DNA of 34,500 nucleotides, from contig JBFMGU010000107.1 of the NCBI GenBank assembly GCA_040752415.1, positions 1-34,500 of the forward strand. Reading direction: 5' to 3'. How positions within the stretch are numbered: the first letter of the stretch is position 1; each line of letters starts with the position of its first letter. A program made the translations under genes and the position numbers. Positions 18,054-30,591 of the stretch are shown piece by piece. The stretch comes from Myxococcota bacterium (GTDB lineage Bacteria > Myxococcota > JACRCW01). Under the pieces are notes generated by a model that was given only the letters and a program-made list of their open reading frames with translations, was not told where the DNA came from and ran no database searches.

Positions 18054-19954
18054 CGGAGTCCACCCTGCAGAAGGTGTTCGTGCTGCTCGCGCTGTCGTTT
18101 CCCGTCGGGTGTGGCCGCCCACCGGCTCCCGGCTCGGCGCCGCCGAGTTCGACCGTTGCCGTGTTGGACGACGGAACGGTCCTCGCGCTCGACGCCGACC
18201 ACGACGCGCTGGTGTTCGTGAGCGGCGTGGAGGTTGCGGCACGCGTACCTACCGGGCCCGGCCCCGCGCAGCTGACCCGTCGTGGCGACCGGGTCGTGGT
18301 CACCAATGCGCGCGGCCGGAGCATCTCCGTGTTCTCCGTGTCCCAGCGCGCCGCGGTGGCCACGCACGTGGTGGGCGTGGAGCCTGCCGGGGTGGCGTTT
18401 GTCGACGATACGCACGTGGTGGTGGCGCTCCACGCCGAGCGGGCGCTGGCGCTGGTGGACCTGGACCGCGGGTCGGTGGTCGACCGGGTCCTGCTCCCGG
18501 CCGACGAGCCGTATGGACTGGCAATGCTGGAGGGCAACCGGCTCGTCGTCACCCACCGTCGCGGCGGGCGCCTCTCGGTACTCGACCCGGCGCTAACGCG
18601 GGATAAGCGCTTCGACCCTCGCCCCGCGGCGCAGTCGACGATGCTCCTCGATCGCTTGCCGGCGTCGGACCGCGCGGGACAGACGTGGCGAGCCAACGGC
18701 CAGGGCGTACCCACCATCCTGCCCCTCGGCGCGGGCGTGGCGTTGGTGCACACGCACCTCCCCGACAGCAACCTTGCCGACGGAAGACCGTCGCCATCCG
18801 TCTTCACCACCGCCGGGTACTACGCGCGACCGCAGGACGATGATCGCATCCGGCCAGGCCTCAGCGTCGTGGATCTGCGCTTCCCGAACGCCCCGGCCTA
18901 CGGGGGACCCATTGTCCCGGGGGAGGGGCGGACCTTCTGTGACCAGCAGATGAGCGACCCCGTCGCGGCGGTCTACCTCGACGGTGGTGCGGGAATGGCG
19001 ATGGTGGGACGCGGCTCCCGGAACGTGGTGATGTGGCCGGTGGGAGACGCGCTGAGGCCCTTCAAGCACGGCAGCGCCCCGACGGCGGTGGCCCCCGTTG
19101 GGCACGGCGCGGACGGTGTGGCGCTTTCCCCGGATGGTGCTCACCTCTATGTGCACAACAGCGCGGACCTGACGCTGACCCGGATCCGGGTGCCGTCTTT
19201 CGTCCCCGGGTCCGCCACCTATGACTGCGCGGCAGTGGGATTTCCCCAGGTTCAGCCCACGGTCACCATCCCGCTCGCCGAGGTGACGCTGGAGCCGGCG
19301 CAAGCCCTGGGCCGGCGGCTGTTCCACGACGGAACCCTTCCCACCATGACGTCGTCGGAAGGCGTCACCTGCGCCACCTGCCACATCGACGGGCGCCACG
19401 ACGGCCGCACCTGGCAGACACCCTTCGGCCCTCGCAACACGCCGTCCCTGGCGGGCGCCGCGGAGGGGCGCGTGGGGATCGCCACCACCACCGCACCTCT
19501 CCACTGGTTGGGAGAAGTCACCACCCACCGCGACCTCAACCTGACCGTGACCCGGGTCATGGGCGGCGTGGGACTGGACGACGAGCAATTGGACGCGCTG
19601 GCGGCGTACATCGATATCCTGCCCGCGCCGGACAGCGCAACGGCGGCGGATGATGCGCTGGCCTCGCAGCGCGCCCGTGGGGCTGTGCTCTTCCACGACC
19701 CGGAGGTGGGATGCGCCAGCTGCCACGTCGGCGAGCACCATACCGACAACCTGGCGCACCCGGAGCTGGGGCTTCCGTTCCAGACGCCGGTGCTGCACGG
19801 CGTGGGGCGGACCGCGCCCTATTTCCACGACGGAAGCGTGGCCACGCTGGAGAACGTGATCACCGACTGGGTGCGCACGGACCGCATGGGCCACGGATCC
19901 CACCTTGACGACGAGGATCTCGATGCGCTGCTCTGCTACCTGCGCTCCCTGTGA
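18050..19954 (+). CDS. Lipoprotein with YVTN/YncE-like beta-propeller fused to a di-heme cytochrome c (CcP/MauG superfamily-like) domain
   Basis: GGAGG RBS and ATGA coupling; lipobox-like FPVGC; propeller motifs (VPTGPGPAQL, VGVEPAGVAF, VGHGADGVALSPDG); two CxxCH (CATCH 19370-19384, CASCH 19712-19726); RNTPSL, PLHW, TPVLHGVGRTAPYFHDGS. The ORF extension back to 17462 is not the real start. Confidence 0.88.
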   Translation: MTESTLQKVFVLLALSFPVGCGRPPAPGSAPPSSTVAVLDDGTVLALDADHDALVFVSGVEVAARVPTGPGPAQLTRRGDRVVVTNARGRSISVFSVSQRAAVATHVVGVEPAGVAFVDDTHVVVALHAERALALVDLDRGSVVDRVLLPADEPYGLAMLEGNRLVVTHRRGGRLSVLDPALTRDKRFDPRPAAQSTMLLDRLPASDRAGQTWRANGQGVPTILPLGAGVALVHTHLPDSNLADGRPSPSVFTTAGYYARPQDDDRIRPGLSVVDLRFPNAPAYGGPIVPGEGRTFCDQQMSDPVAAVYLDGGAGMAMVGRGSRNVVMWPVGDALRPFKHGSAPTAVAPVGHGADGVALSPDGAHLYVHNSADLTLTRIRVPSFVPGSATYDCAAVGFPQVQPTVTIPLAEVTLEPAQALGRRLFHDGTLPTMTSSEGVTCATCHIDGRHDGRTWQTPFGPRNTPSLAGAAEGRVGIATTTAPLHWLGEVTTHRDLNLTVTRVMGGVGLDDEQLDALAAYIDILPAPDSATAADDALASQRARGAVLFHDPEVGCASCHVGEHHTDNLAHPELGLPFQTPVLHGVGRTAPYFHDGSVATLENVITDWVRTDRMGHGSHLDDEDLDALLCYLRSL

Positions 19955-19997
19955 CGCGCCGTCCGCCGGGTGGTGGCGGCGTCTGGGAATCTGCATC

Positions 19998-20195
19998 ATG
20001 GCGGTGCTGTCGCTCGCCTGTGGTCGCGGGGGCTACCGGGATCCCTGCCTCTCCGACGAGGTGTGCGATCACGGCCTCCACTGCGCGGTCGACGCTGGCG
20101 GGGTCTGTACGCGGCCCTGCGTCTCCCACGAGGACTGTCCGGCCGGCTTTCCCGTCGAGGCGCCCGCCGAGTGCGCGGGTGGCTACTGCCGGTAG
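19998..20195 (+). CDS. Small Cys-rich putative lipoprotein
   Basis: LSLAC lipobox followed by 8 Cys in ~50 aa (two CxxxxxC-type modules); GC3-biased. Start uncertain (ATG 19923 or 19998). Confidence 0.6.
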   Translation: MAVLSLACGRGGYRDPCLSDEVCDHGLHCAVDAGGVCTRPCVSHEDCPAGFPVEAPAECAGGYCR

Positions 20196-20312
20196 CTCCC
20201 GTGGCCCTGTCACCAGCCTCTCGGGGTCGTATTGCCCATGTGGCAGGCGTAGCGGCCCGCCTATCACACCAATGTGGAAGACCTCATCGTTCCCGCCGAC
20301 CTTGGCCGCCGA

Positions 20313-20327
20313 ATTAGATTAGATTAG
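20313..20327. repeat. (ATTAG)x3 micro-tandem repeat
   Basis: attagattagattag; AT-rich in a GC-rich context; gives stop codons in all six frames. Confidence 0.85.
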
Positions 20328-20336
20328 AGGGCAGAG

Positions 20337-20387
20337 CGGCGGGATGAGCGGTGGGTGCCGAGCCTGGGGTGGAGAATGCGCAGGCGT
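20337..20387 (+). pseudogene. Copy B2: displaced, diverged 3'-end fragment of the GT-C gene (RRDERWVPSLGWRMRRR)
   Basis: Intergenic, 4191 nt downstream of copy B1; of 4 mismatches in the first 36 nt, 3 are synonymous and 1 is V/L. Confidence 0.82.
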
Positions 20388-20462
20388 CCACGGGGAGGGC
20401 TGAGCACCCGGCGTCCTCGACGATTTGGGCGCCTACGCTCGACCGCCCCCATCGCTGGGACG

Positions 20463-21212
20463 CTACTCCGCACAGGGCTGGTCGTTCTTGTTGCCGCAAA
20501 CCGTGACACCGCCGCTGAACCCCAGCTCCTGCTGGGCCTGGACGAACGCCTGGGCCTCGGAAGCCTCAAGCTGCGGGTTCTTGGTGATCACAATGGAGGT
20601 GCCAGCCCTGAACTCCGCCGGGAGCGCGAGGTGCGTAAGGTCTGGGTTCTCAGCAACTTCCAGGAAATCCGCGTTGCGAAGCGCCCCGAACGCCGACAGG
20701 TCAGCAAGTTGGCCGTTCATCTTGACTCGCAATGTCCCGATGCTTTGCAGCGTCGGGAACTCGAGGAGCGTGAGGCGGCTGTTTCGGTACAGGTCCAGCT
20801 TCGTCAAGGTGGTCCTGTTCGACGAGAGCTTCCGAATACCGGGCGAATCAAACCCGGACACCGCAATCTCCTCAGCGTGCAGGTCCCCCAGCTTGAGCTC
20901 TTCAGCCTCCGTCTCGTCCAGCGTGAAGTGCTCGATGGACGAAACCGACGAGAGAGCATCGAGATCGTTTAACAGGTCGTTTTGCCTGATTAGCATCCCA
21001 GGAGCGGTGCGGAGCCCGATGAGCGCGTCCAAGCTCTGAAGGGATGTCTCCTCGATCGTAACCCAACAGGAGACTTCACCCAGTTCAGCCAGCCTCTTCA
21101 GATCTTGTTCCGTCTTCGGAACACAAACCGACCCGCTGGTGTTCGGGGCTCCGAAGCACGCACCCAACACCACGAGCGCCCCAAACAACGTGGCCGAGGC
21201 AAAGGTAGTCAC
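20463..21212 (-). CDS. Putative lipoprotein with receptor L-domain/LRR-like repeats
   Basis: Signal and lipobox VVLGAC; repeats such as LLIRQNDLLNDLDALSSVSSI, LDLYRNSRLTLLEFPTLQSIG, LRVKMNGQLADLSAFGALRNA; C-terminal VTVCGN; atypical lower-GC codon use. ORF is open to 21407; GTG 21212 chosen from the signal peptide position. Confidence 0.72.
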   Translation of the reverse strand: MTTFASATLFGALVVLGACFGAPNTSGSVCVPKTEQDLKRLAELGEVSCWVTIEETSLQSLDALIGLRTAPGMLIRQNDLLNDLDALSSVSSIEHFTLDETEAEELKLGDLHAEEIAVSGFDSPGIRKLSSNRTTLTKLDLYRNSRLTLLEFPTLQSIGTLRVKMNGQLADLSAFGALRNADFLEVAENPDLTHLALPAEFRAGTSIVITKNPQLEASEAQAFVQAQQELGFSGGVTVCGNKNDQPCAE

Positions 21213-21648
21213 ACGGCTCAAACGGTTTCGCCTTCTGCGATTGAAGAGTTTCTCGTGGTACCGCCCCTGCTGCACCAGCGCGCCCAACGTCTCCCCCCCG
21301 CCCATTCGCGCCAACCGCTCCTCGACAATCGCCATGTTCCGCCATGCCCACGCCTTGGCGGGCGTTTTGATGAGGCGCAGCCTGCTCCCCAATCGGTCGC
21401 GTGACAAGGGAGAACCCCGCGGTCGGTCGGCTGGCCGATGCGCTTCGGCCTTTCTTCATCCGCGCAAGCAGTTCGCCCAGCTTCGCTGTTGAGCCGAATC
21501 AGTGGCTTACGTTGCCCAGGCATCCCGGCAGACCGCGCCCCAACCGCAGCGCGCCCACTTCACCACTGCTCGACGACCGCTCCACCAACGCCCGCCGAGC
21601 GACGACAGAGCGCTGCACCGGCGCCAGCGGACCACCATCCGCACCCGC

Positions 21649-23205
21649 TCACCTCGCGGGGCCCGCGACACCCGGCTTCAATCTCACCGTCATCAACCTC
21701 GCCGCTCCCTCGTGATGCGCCAGCCACATCACCATGGGCGCTTCGTCGACGAGGAAGAACCGGTACGCGTACACCTCTCCCGGGTCGCGCTCCAACCGGA
21801 ACGGCGCCTGCAACTCGACGCCCATCGCATCCAGCACCACCACGTCCAGCGCGTCCGCGAAGCGCACCACCGGCACCGCCGTCATGATGCCCCGCAGCAC
21901 CCACGTCTCCTGCCCCACGGCCAGCACCGGCGAGTCCGTGGTGAACACCGGGGCGCGCGCAATGACGGTGGGCTCCCCCACGGGCCGTCCCGTGTCGTCG
22001 AGGGGAAGGAACAGCTGACGCGCCTGCACGTAACCCGCGTACTCCGTGTAGACCAGCTTCGCGTCCTGGCCACTCCATGCCACGCGCGGGAATCCCAGGT
22101 GCGGCCCCGGCAACACGTGCACCCGCTCGACGTTTCCCGCGCGCGTCACCGCCGTGAGCTCAATGGAGAGGTCCGGTCCCGTCGTGGCGGCCACCAGGTA
22201 GCGGTCACCGGCAAAGACACCGTCATAATCCGGGTGCCCGAATCCCGCCTCGAACAGCGCGTTGGTTAGTGGAGGTTCGCCTATCCATCGGATTTCGCCG
22301 CGGGGGCCGAAGATGGCCGCGCGCAGACCGTTCTCGTGGTCCGACCACAGGGCCAGCACGTCGCTGCCGTCACCCGCAATGAGCTCCACGCTGCGCGCGC
22401 CGGGAATCCGCGTGCCCCCGTTGAAGACCTCGCCGTCAACGCTGATCCACGCCGTCACCAGGTCCGACTGCTCAATCCACGCCGTCAGCCAGCCGCCATC
22501 CACCGTGGCAATGCCCACGTCACGCAGGTCACCGGTGACCAGGCACGTGTTTGTTCGTGGGGTGAGGTCTGGAGCAAGCACCACGACTTCGGCGGCGCGG
22601 TCTCCCGGCAGTTGCACGTTGGGATAGCCCAGGGGGTCGAACAGCGGGTCGTTGTAGAGGAGAACCACGGCAATGTCGGAGCCCAGGGCCGCGGCATCCA
22701 GGTAGCCCGCGGTGGCCACATGCGCGGCCTGCACCATCCCGCAAGACGCCACGCGCGGAAGCTCGACGCAGCTGCCGCACTCCCTCGTCTCCAACGTGCA
22801 CGCGGAAGTGCAGCGCACCGGCCCGTCGGTGAACCCCAGCTCCGCGCACGACGCGGTGGGGAGCGCGTCCGTGTCGCAGACCTCGCTGAAGCGGTCGCAG
22901 ACATCGTTGTCGCAGATCTCACACGAGTCGACGACGCCGTTGCCGCACCTTCCCGCGCACAGGGGTTGACCGGTCTGCAGTGCTTCCGGGCACGTCACCC
23001 CGACGACACCGCCCGAGGTGCTGGTGGTGGTGCCCACGCCGCCGGTGGAGGAAGAGCTGGAGGAGCTGCTGGATGACGACGACGTCGCCGCGCCGCCCGT
23101 GGTCACCCCGCCCGTGGTGGTGCCGCCTTCGGTCGGCGCGGCGGGCAAACAGCCGAGGACGCCAACCAAGCCCAGCAGGACCCCCGCGCGCAGCACGCTC
23201 TCCAT
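21649..23205 (-). CDS. Putative lipoprotein with Ser/Thr/Gly linker, myxobacterial Cys-rich repeat and beta-rich C-terminal domain
   Basis: GGGAG RBS; lipobox VLGC; poly-Ser/Thr linker; CGNGVVDSCEICD...EVCD...SCAELGF..G..RC...C. Confidence 0.8.
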   Translation of the reverse strand: MESVLRAGVLLGLVGVLGCLPAAPTEGGTTTGGVTTGGAATSSSSSSSSSSSSTGGVGTTTSTSGGVVGVTCPEALQTGQPLCAGRCGNGVVDSCEICDNDVCDRFSEVCDTDALPTASCAELGFTDGPVRCTSACTLETRECGSCVELPRVASCGMVQAAHVATAGYLDAAALGSDIAVVLLYNDPLFDPLGYPNVQLPGDRAAEVVVLAPDLTPRTNTCLVTGDLRDVGIATVDGGWLTAWIEQSDLVTAWISVDGEVFNGGTRIPGARSVELIAGDGSDVLALWSDHENGLRAAIFGPRGEIRWIGEPPLTNALFEAGFGHPDYDGVFAGDRYLVAATTGPDLSIELTAVTRAGNVERVHVLPGPHLGFPRVAWSGQDAKLVYTEYAGYVQARQLFLPLDDTGRPVGEPTVIARAPVFTTDSPVLAVGQETWVLRGIMTAVPVVRFADALDVVVLDAMGVELQAPFRLERDPGEVYAYRFFLVDEAPMVMWLAHHEGAARLMTVRLKPGVAGPAR

Positions 23206-23341
23206 GACGCTCCCGTCCGCGGTGCGACGCGCATGGGTCGCCCGCGTGAAACCGGGTGCTGAGCGATAACGAGGTGCCTGGGCATTCCGCAGGAACGGGT
23301 GGCGGGTTGCGCGGACAACGTGACGACGACGCCGTGGTTCG

Positions 23342-24442
23342 TCAGCGGTCCTTGCCCTTCCCCGGCACCATGAGCTGCCAGGGATTCTCCCGAATCTCCT
23401 TCAGCAGCGATTTGAGGTCCCGGTAGACGTCCTCGTCCTTCATCAACTTGCCCACGGTCCCCTCGCCCTTCTCGATGCGCTGCAACAGCACGTCCGCGCG
23501 CGCACTGAGGTTGTCCGCACGCCCCATCACCGTCTCACTCTGCGACAGCAGCGCGGACAGCCGTTTCTCGTCGGTGTAGCCGGCCTTCTCCAACGCGCGC
23601 AGCAACGCATCCACGCGCACGCTCATGCCCTCCGCCGTCACCAGCAGTGAGTCCGCGCGCCTGAGCATCTGCGGCGCGGTGTCCTTCACCTCCGTCAGCA
23701 GGCCCTGCGCGTCGGCGATCATCACCTTCCCCTCGCGCACCATCACGCGACCATCCTGCACCATGGCCGCCAGCGCCTCGGGGTCCTGCAGCACGGTGCG
23801 GGCGGCGGAGAGCACGTCGCGCGCGTCGGTGAGCACCAGCTGCACGTCGGCAAGGAACGCGCTCACGTCGGTCTTGCCCAACGCGGCGTCCACGCGCTTC
23901 ATGAGCGCCGCAGCGCTGCCAATGAGGTCCACCAGCTGCACCTCGTTGCGGTCCAGGATGGATCCAATCTGGTCCATCATCTGCGCCATGCGCGCCATCA
24001 GCATGTCCGTCCGAGGAGAATCCACCCCGCGCACGGTGGCGCCATCCCCAATCTGCGAGGCTCCCGCGGGTCCCGGCACCACGTCGACGTAGTGTTCCCC
24101 CAGCACGCCCAGCGTGGTCACGAAGAAGCGCGAACCCTCGGTCACCAGGGGTTGCGCGCGCTGCTCAACGAAGACATGCAGCCGCACAATGGGATGGTCG
24201 GGGCGGGCGTCGGCGGGGCGCGCGCCCATGAACTCCACTTCCCGCACCTTGCCCACGTTGACGCCGCTGATCTTCACCGCCGCGCCCTGCTTGATGGGCC
24301 CGGTGAACGCGTAGTCCAGCTTCAGCATGATGCCCGGCCCGAACGTGGGATTCCCGACGACAAAGAAGAAGAACAGCAGCACCGCCAGGCCACCCAGCAC
24401 GAACGCACCGACCTTGATCTCCAGCGTGCGTGAGGATTCCAC
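23342..24442 (-). CDS. mlaD: MlaD/MCE family protein
   Basis: LEIKVGAFV + TM helix, GAAVKISGVNVGKV, LGVLGEHYVDVVPG, helical tail, GEGTVGKLMKDEDVY, IRENPW. Confidence 0.92.
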   Translation of the reverse strand: MESSRTLEIKVGAFVLGGLAVLLFFFFVVGNPTFGPGIMLKLDYAFTGPIKQGAAVKISGVNVGKVREVEFMGARPADARPDHPIVRLHVFVEQRAQPLVTEGSRFFVTTLGVLGEHYVDVVPGPAGASQIGDGATVRGVDSPRTDMLMARMAQMMDQIGSILDRNEVQLVDLIGSAAALMKRVDAALGKTDVSAFLADVQLVLTDARDVLSAARTVLQDPEALAAMVQDGRVMVREGKVMIADAQGLLTEVKDTAPQMLRRADSLLVTAEGMSVRVDALLRALEKAGYTDEKRLSALLSQSETVMGRADNLSARADVLLQRIEKGEGTVGKLMKDEDVYRDLKSLLKEIRENPWQLMVPGKGKDR

Positions 24443-24443
24443 G

Positions 24444-25232
24444 TCAGGGCTCCTGGGCCGCGGCCGTGAGCGGGCCCTCTTCGGATGCGGTGAGCAGCTG
24501 GTGGAGCGCGGCGCTGGGATGACGGAACGCCTCGTCGGCGGACTGCGCGCTCAGCATGCGACCACCGCCGAGCACGCACACCTGCGAAGCGACGTCGCGG
24601 AACGGTTCCACGTCGTGGGTGACGACCAAGAGCGCGGTCCCGCCCGCGGCAATGCTCCCGCACGTCCTGCCCACGCGCGCGGCGGAGGCGAGGTCGAGGC
24701 CGGTGGTGGGCTCGTCGAGGAGGAGGGCGGTGGGCTCCACGGCCAACGCGCGCGCCAGCGCCACCAGCTTGCGTTCCCCGGCGGAGAGATCCACGGCCAC
24801 GTCCCGGGCGCGGTGTTGCGCCCCCACGCGCGCCAGCTCATGCATGGCCCGCTCTTCTGCCGCCTTTCTCCCAAGGCCCCGCCGCCACCGCAAGGGCAGG
24901 GCCACGTTGTCCAACACCGTCTCCTCGTCCAGCAGCGCGGGGTCCTGGTGGACCAGCACGGCCTTCTCCCGGATGCGCGCCGCGTCCCGACGAGGATCCA
25001 CCGCCACGCCCTGCAAGCGCACCGTGCCGCGTTCCATGGGCAGGAAACCCGTCGCGGCCTTGAGCAGCACGCTCTTCCCCGTCCCGCTGCGTCCCAACAG
25101 CAGCGACACCGCACCGGGTTCCAACGTCGTGGAGATGCCGTCCAGGATGACACGTCCACCCAGCCGCACCACCACGTCCTCAAGCTCGAGCACCGGCGTC
25201 ACAACGCACTGCGTCCCACCGCGGGCGGGCAT
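24444..25232 (-). CDS. mlaF: MlaF/Mkl-type ABC transporter ATP-binding protein
   Basis: Walker A GRSGTGKS, Q-loop HQDPALLD, signature LSAGE, Walker B LLLDEPTTGLD, H-loop VTHD; abuts mlaD. Alternative start GTG 25202. Confidence 0.85.
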   Translation of the reverse strand: MPARGGTQCVVTPVLELEDVVVRLGGRVILDGISTTLEPGAVSLLLGRSGTGKSVLLKAATGFLPMERGTVRLQGVAVDPRRDAARIREKAVLVHQDPALLDEETVLDNVALPLRWRRGLGRKAAEERAMHELARVGAQHRARDVAVDLSAGERKLVALARALAVEPTALLLDEPTTGLDLASAARVGRTCGSIAAGGTALLVVTHDVEPFRDVASQVCVLGGGRMLSAQSADEAFRHPSAALHQLLTASEEGPLTAAAQEP

Positions 25233-25281
25233 CCGTCAACGCGGTTGGTGTCCCGCACCGTGCGGAGTACGCATCAGTGCC

Positions 25282-26196
25282 ATGAGCGCCACCGTTCCCT
25301 CGCGCCCCGCTCGACTGGCCCTGCGCGCCGGCGTGGGTCTCGCGTCACTCGGCGTGAACTACGTGGTGATCTGCGCGGTGATCCTGGGAATGGCGCTGAA
25401 GGGAAAGCGTCGTCCCCTGGAGCGCACGCCGGTGGAGGCGGGTTTCACGGCGGAAGCGGTCACCTTCCCCGCCGCCGACGGAATTACACTGCGCGGCTGG
25501 TTCTTTCCCGCGCCCGGGCGGGACCGCGCGGTGGTGAAGCTGCACGGCCTCGACGGAAACTGCTTCAGCGGCAACTCACCCGGCCTGGTGCGACGTTTCG
25601 TCGACCACGGCTTCAACGTGCTGGTGTTTGACTTCCGCTCCCAGGGCGCCTCCGACGGAGAAGACCTCGGCCTCGGCTGGCGTGAGCGGCTCGACGTGCG
25701 CGGCGCGGTGGACCTTCTCCTGCAGCGCGGCTTCAAGGCGGGTCGCATGGCGCTGCATGGCTCGTCGTATGGCGCGGCCACGTCCCTCCTCTCCGCGGCC
25801 ATGATTCCCGAGGTGGCGGCGGTGGTGGCGGACAGCCCCTTCGCCGACGCGCGCGACCTGATGAACGGCGAGATCGCGCGTCGTGTGGGTTTCTCCTCGA
25901 CGGTGTTCCTGCCCGGCATCATGTGGGTGGGACGCGTGGCGCATGACCTGGACATGGAAGACATCCCGCCCATGAAAGCGGTTCCCGGGATCGCGCCGCG
26001 GCCCATCCTGTTCATCCACGGGGAGGCGGATTCGCGCATTCCCGCGGAGCACAGCCGTCGTCTCAAGGCGGCGTCGCGGAATCCCCGGGATGAGCTGTGG
26101 CTGCTACCCGGGGTCGAGCACACCAAGGGGTTCGAGCAGGACCCGGAGGCCTATTTTTCGCGCGTCAGCACCTTCCTTGACTCCGCCCTCCCCTAG
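25282..26196 (+). CDS. Alpha/beta fold hydrolase with N-terminal membrane anchor
   Basis: LRGWF, LHG, FDFRSQGAS, nucleophile elbow GSSYG, IHGEADSRIP (Asp), VEH (His). The long ORF from 24556 is a shadow extension over mlaF. Confidence 0.9.
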   Translation: MSATVPSRPARLALRAGVGLASLGVNYVVICAVILGMALKGKRRPLERTPVEAGFTAEAVTFPAADGITLRGWFFPAPGRDRAVVKLHGLDGNCFSGNSPGLVRRFVDHGFNVLVFDFRSQGASDGEDLGLGWRERLDVRGAVDLLLQRGFKAGRMALHGSSYGAATSLLSAAMIPEVAAVVADSPFADARDLMNGEIARRVGFSSTVFLPGIMWVGRVAHDLDMEDIPPMKAVPGIAPRPILFIHGEADSRIPAEHSRRLKAASRNPRDELWLLPGVEHTKGFEQDPEAYFSRVSTFLDSALP

Positions 26197-26271
26197 CAGC
26201 GTCAGATCCTTTCCCGCTGCCGCCCGTTCACACCCAGTCACGGATCCAACGTCCACCCCGTGAGGTCATCC

Positions 26272-30591
<4,320 letters not shown>

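Noticed and set aside
20392..20422. Resemblance of gagggctga...cgtc...cgacg to the Uma2 3' end (14551-14579)
   Set aside because: Short, needs gaps and is GC-rich; likely coincidental.
21486..21530. Minus-strand MPGQRKPL as a displaced mlaD end (MVPGKGKDR*)
   Set aside because: Only three matching residues and no aligned stop.
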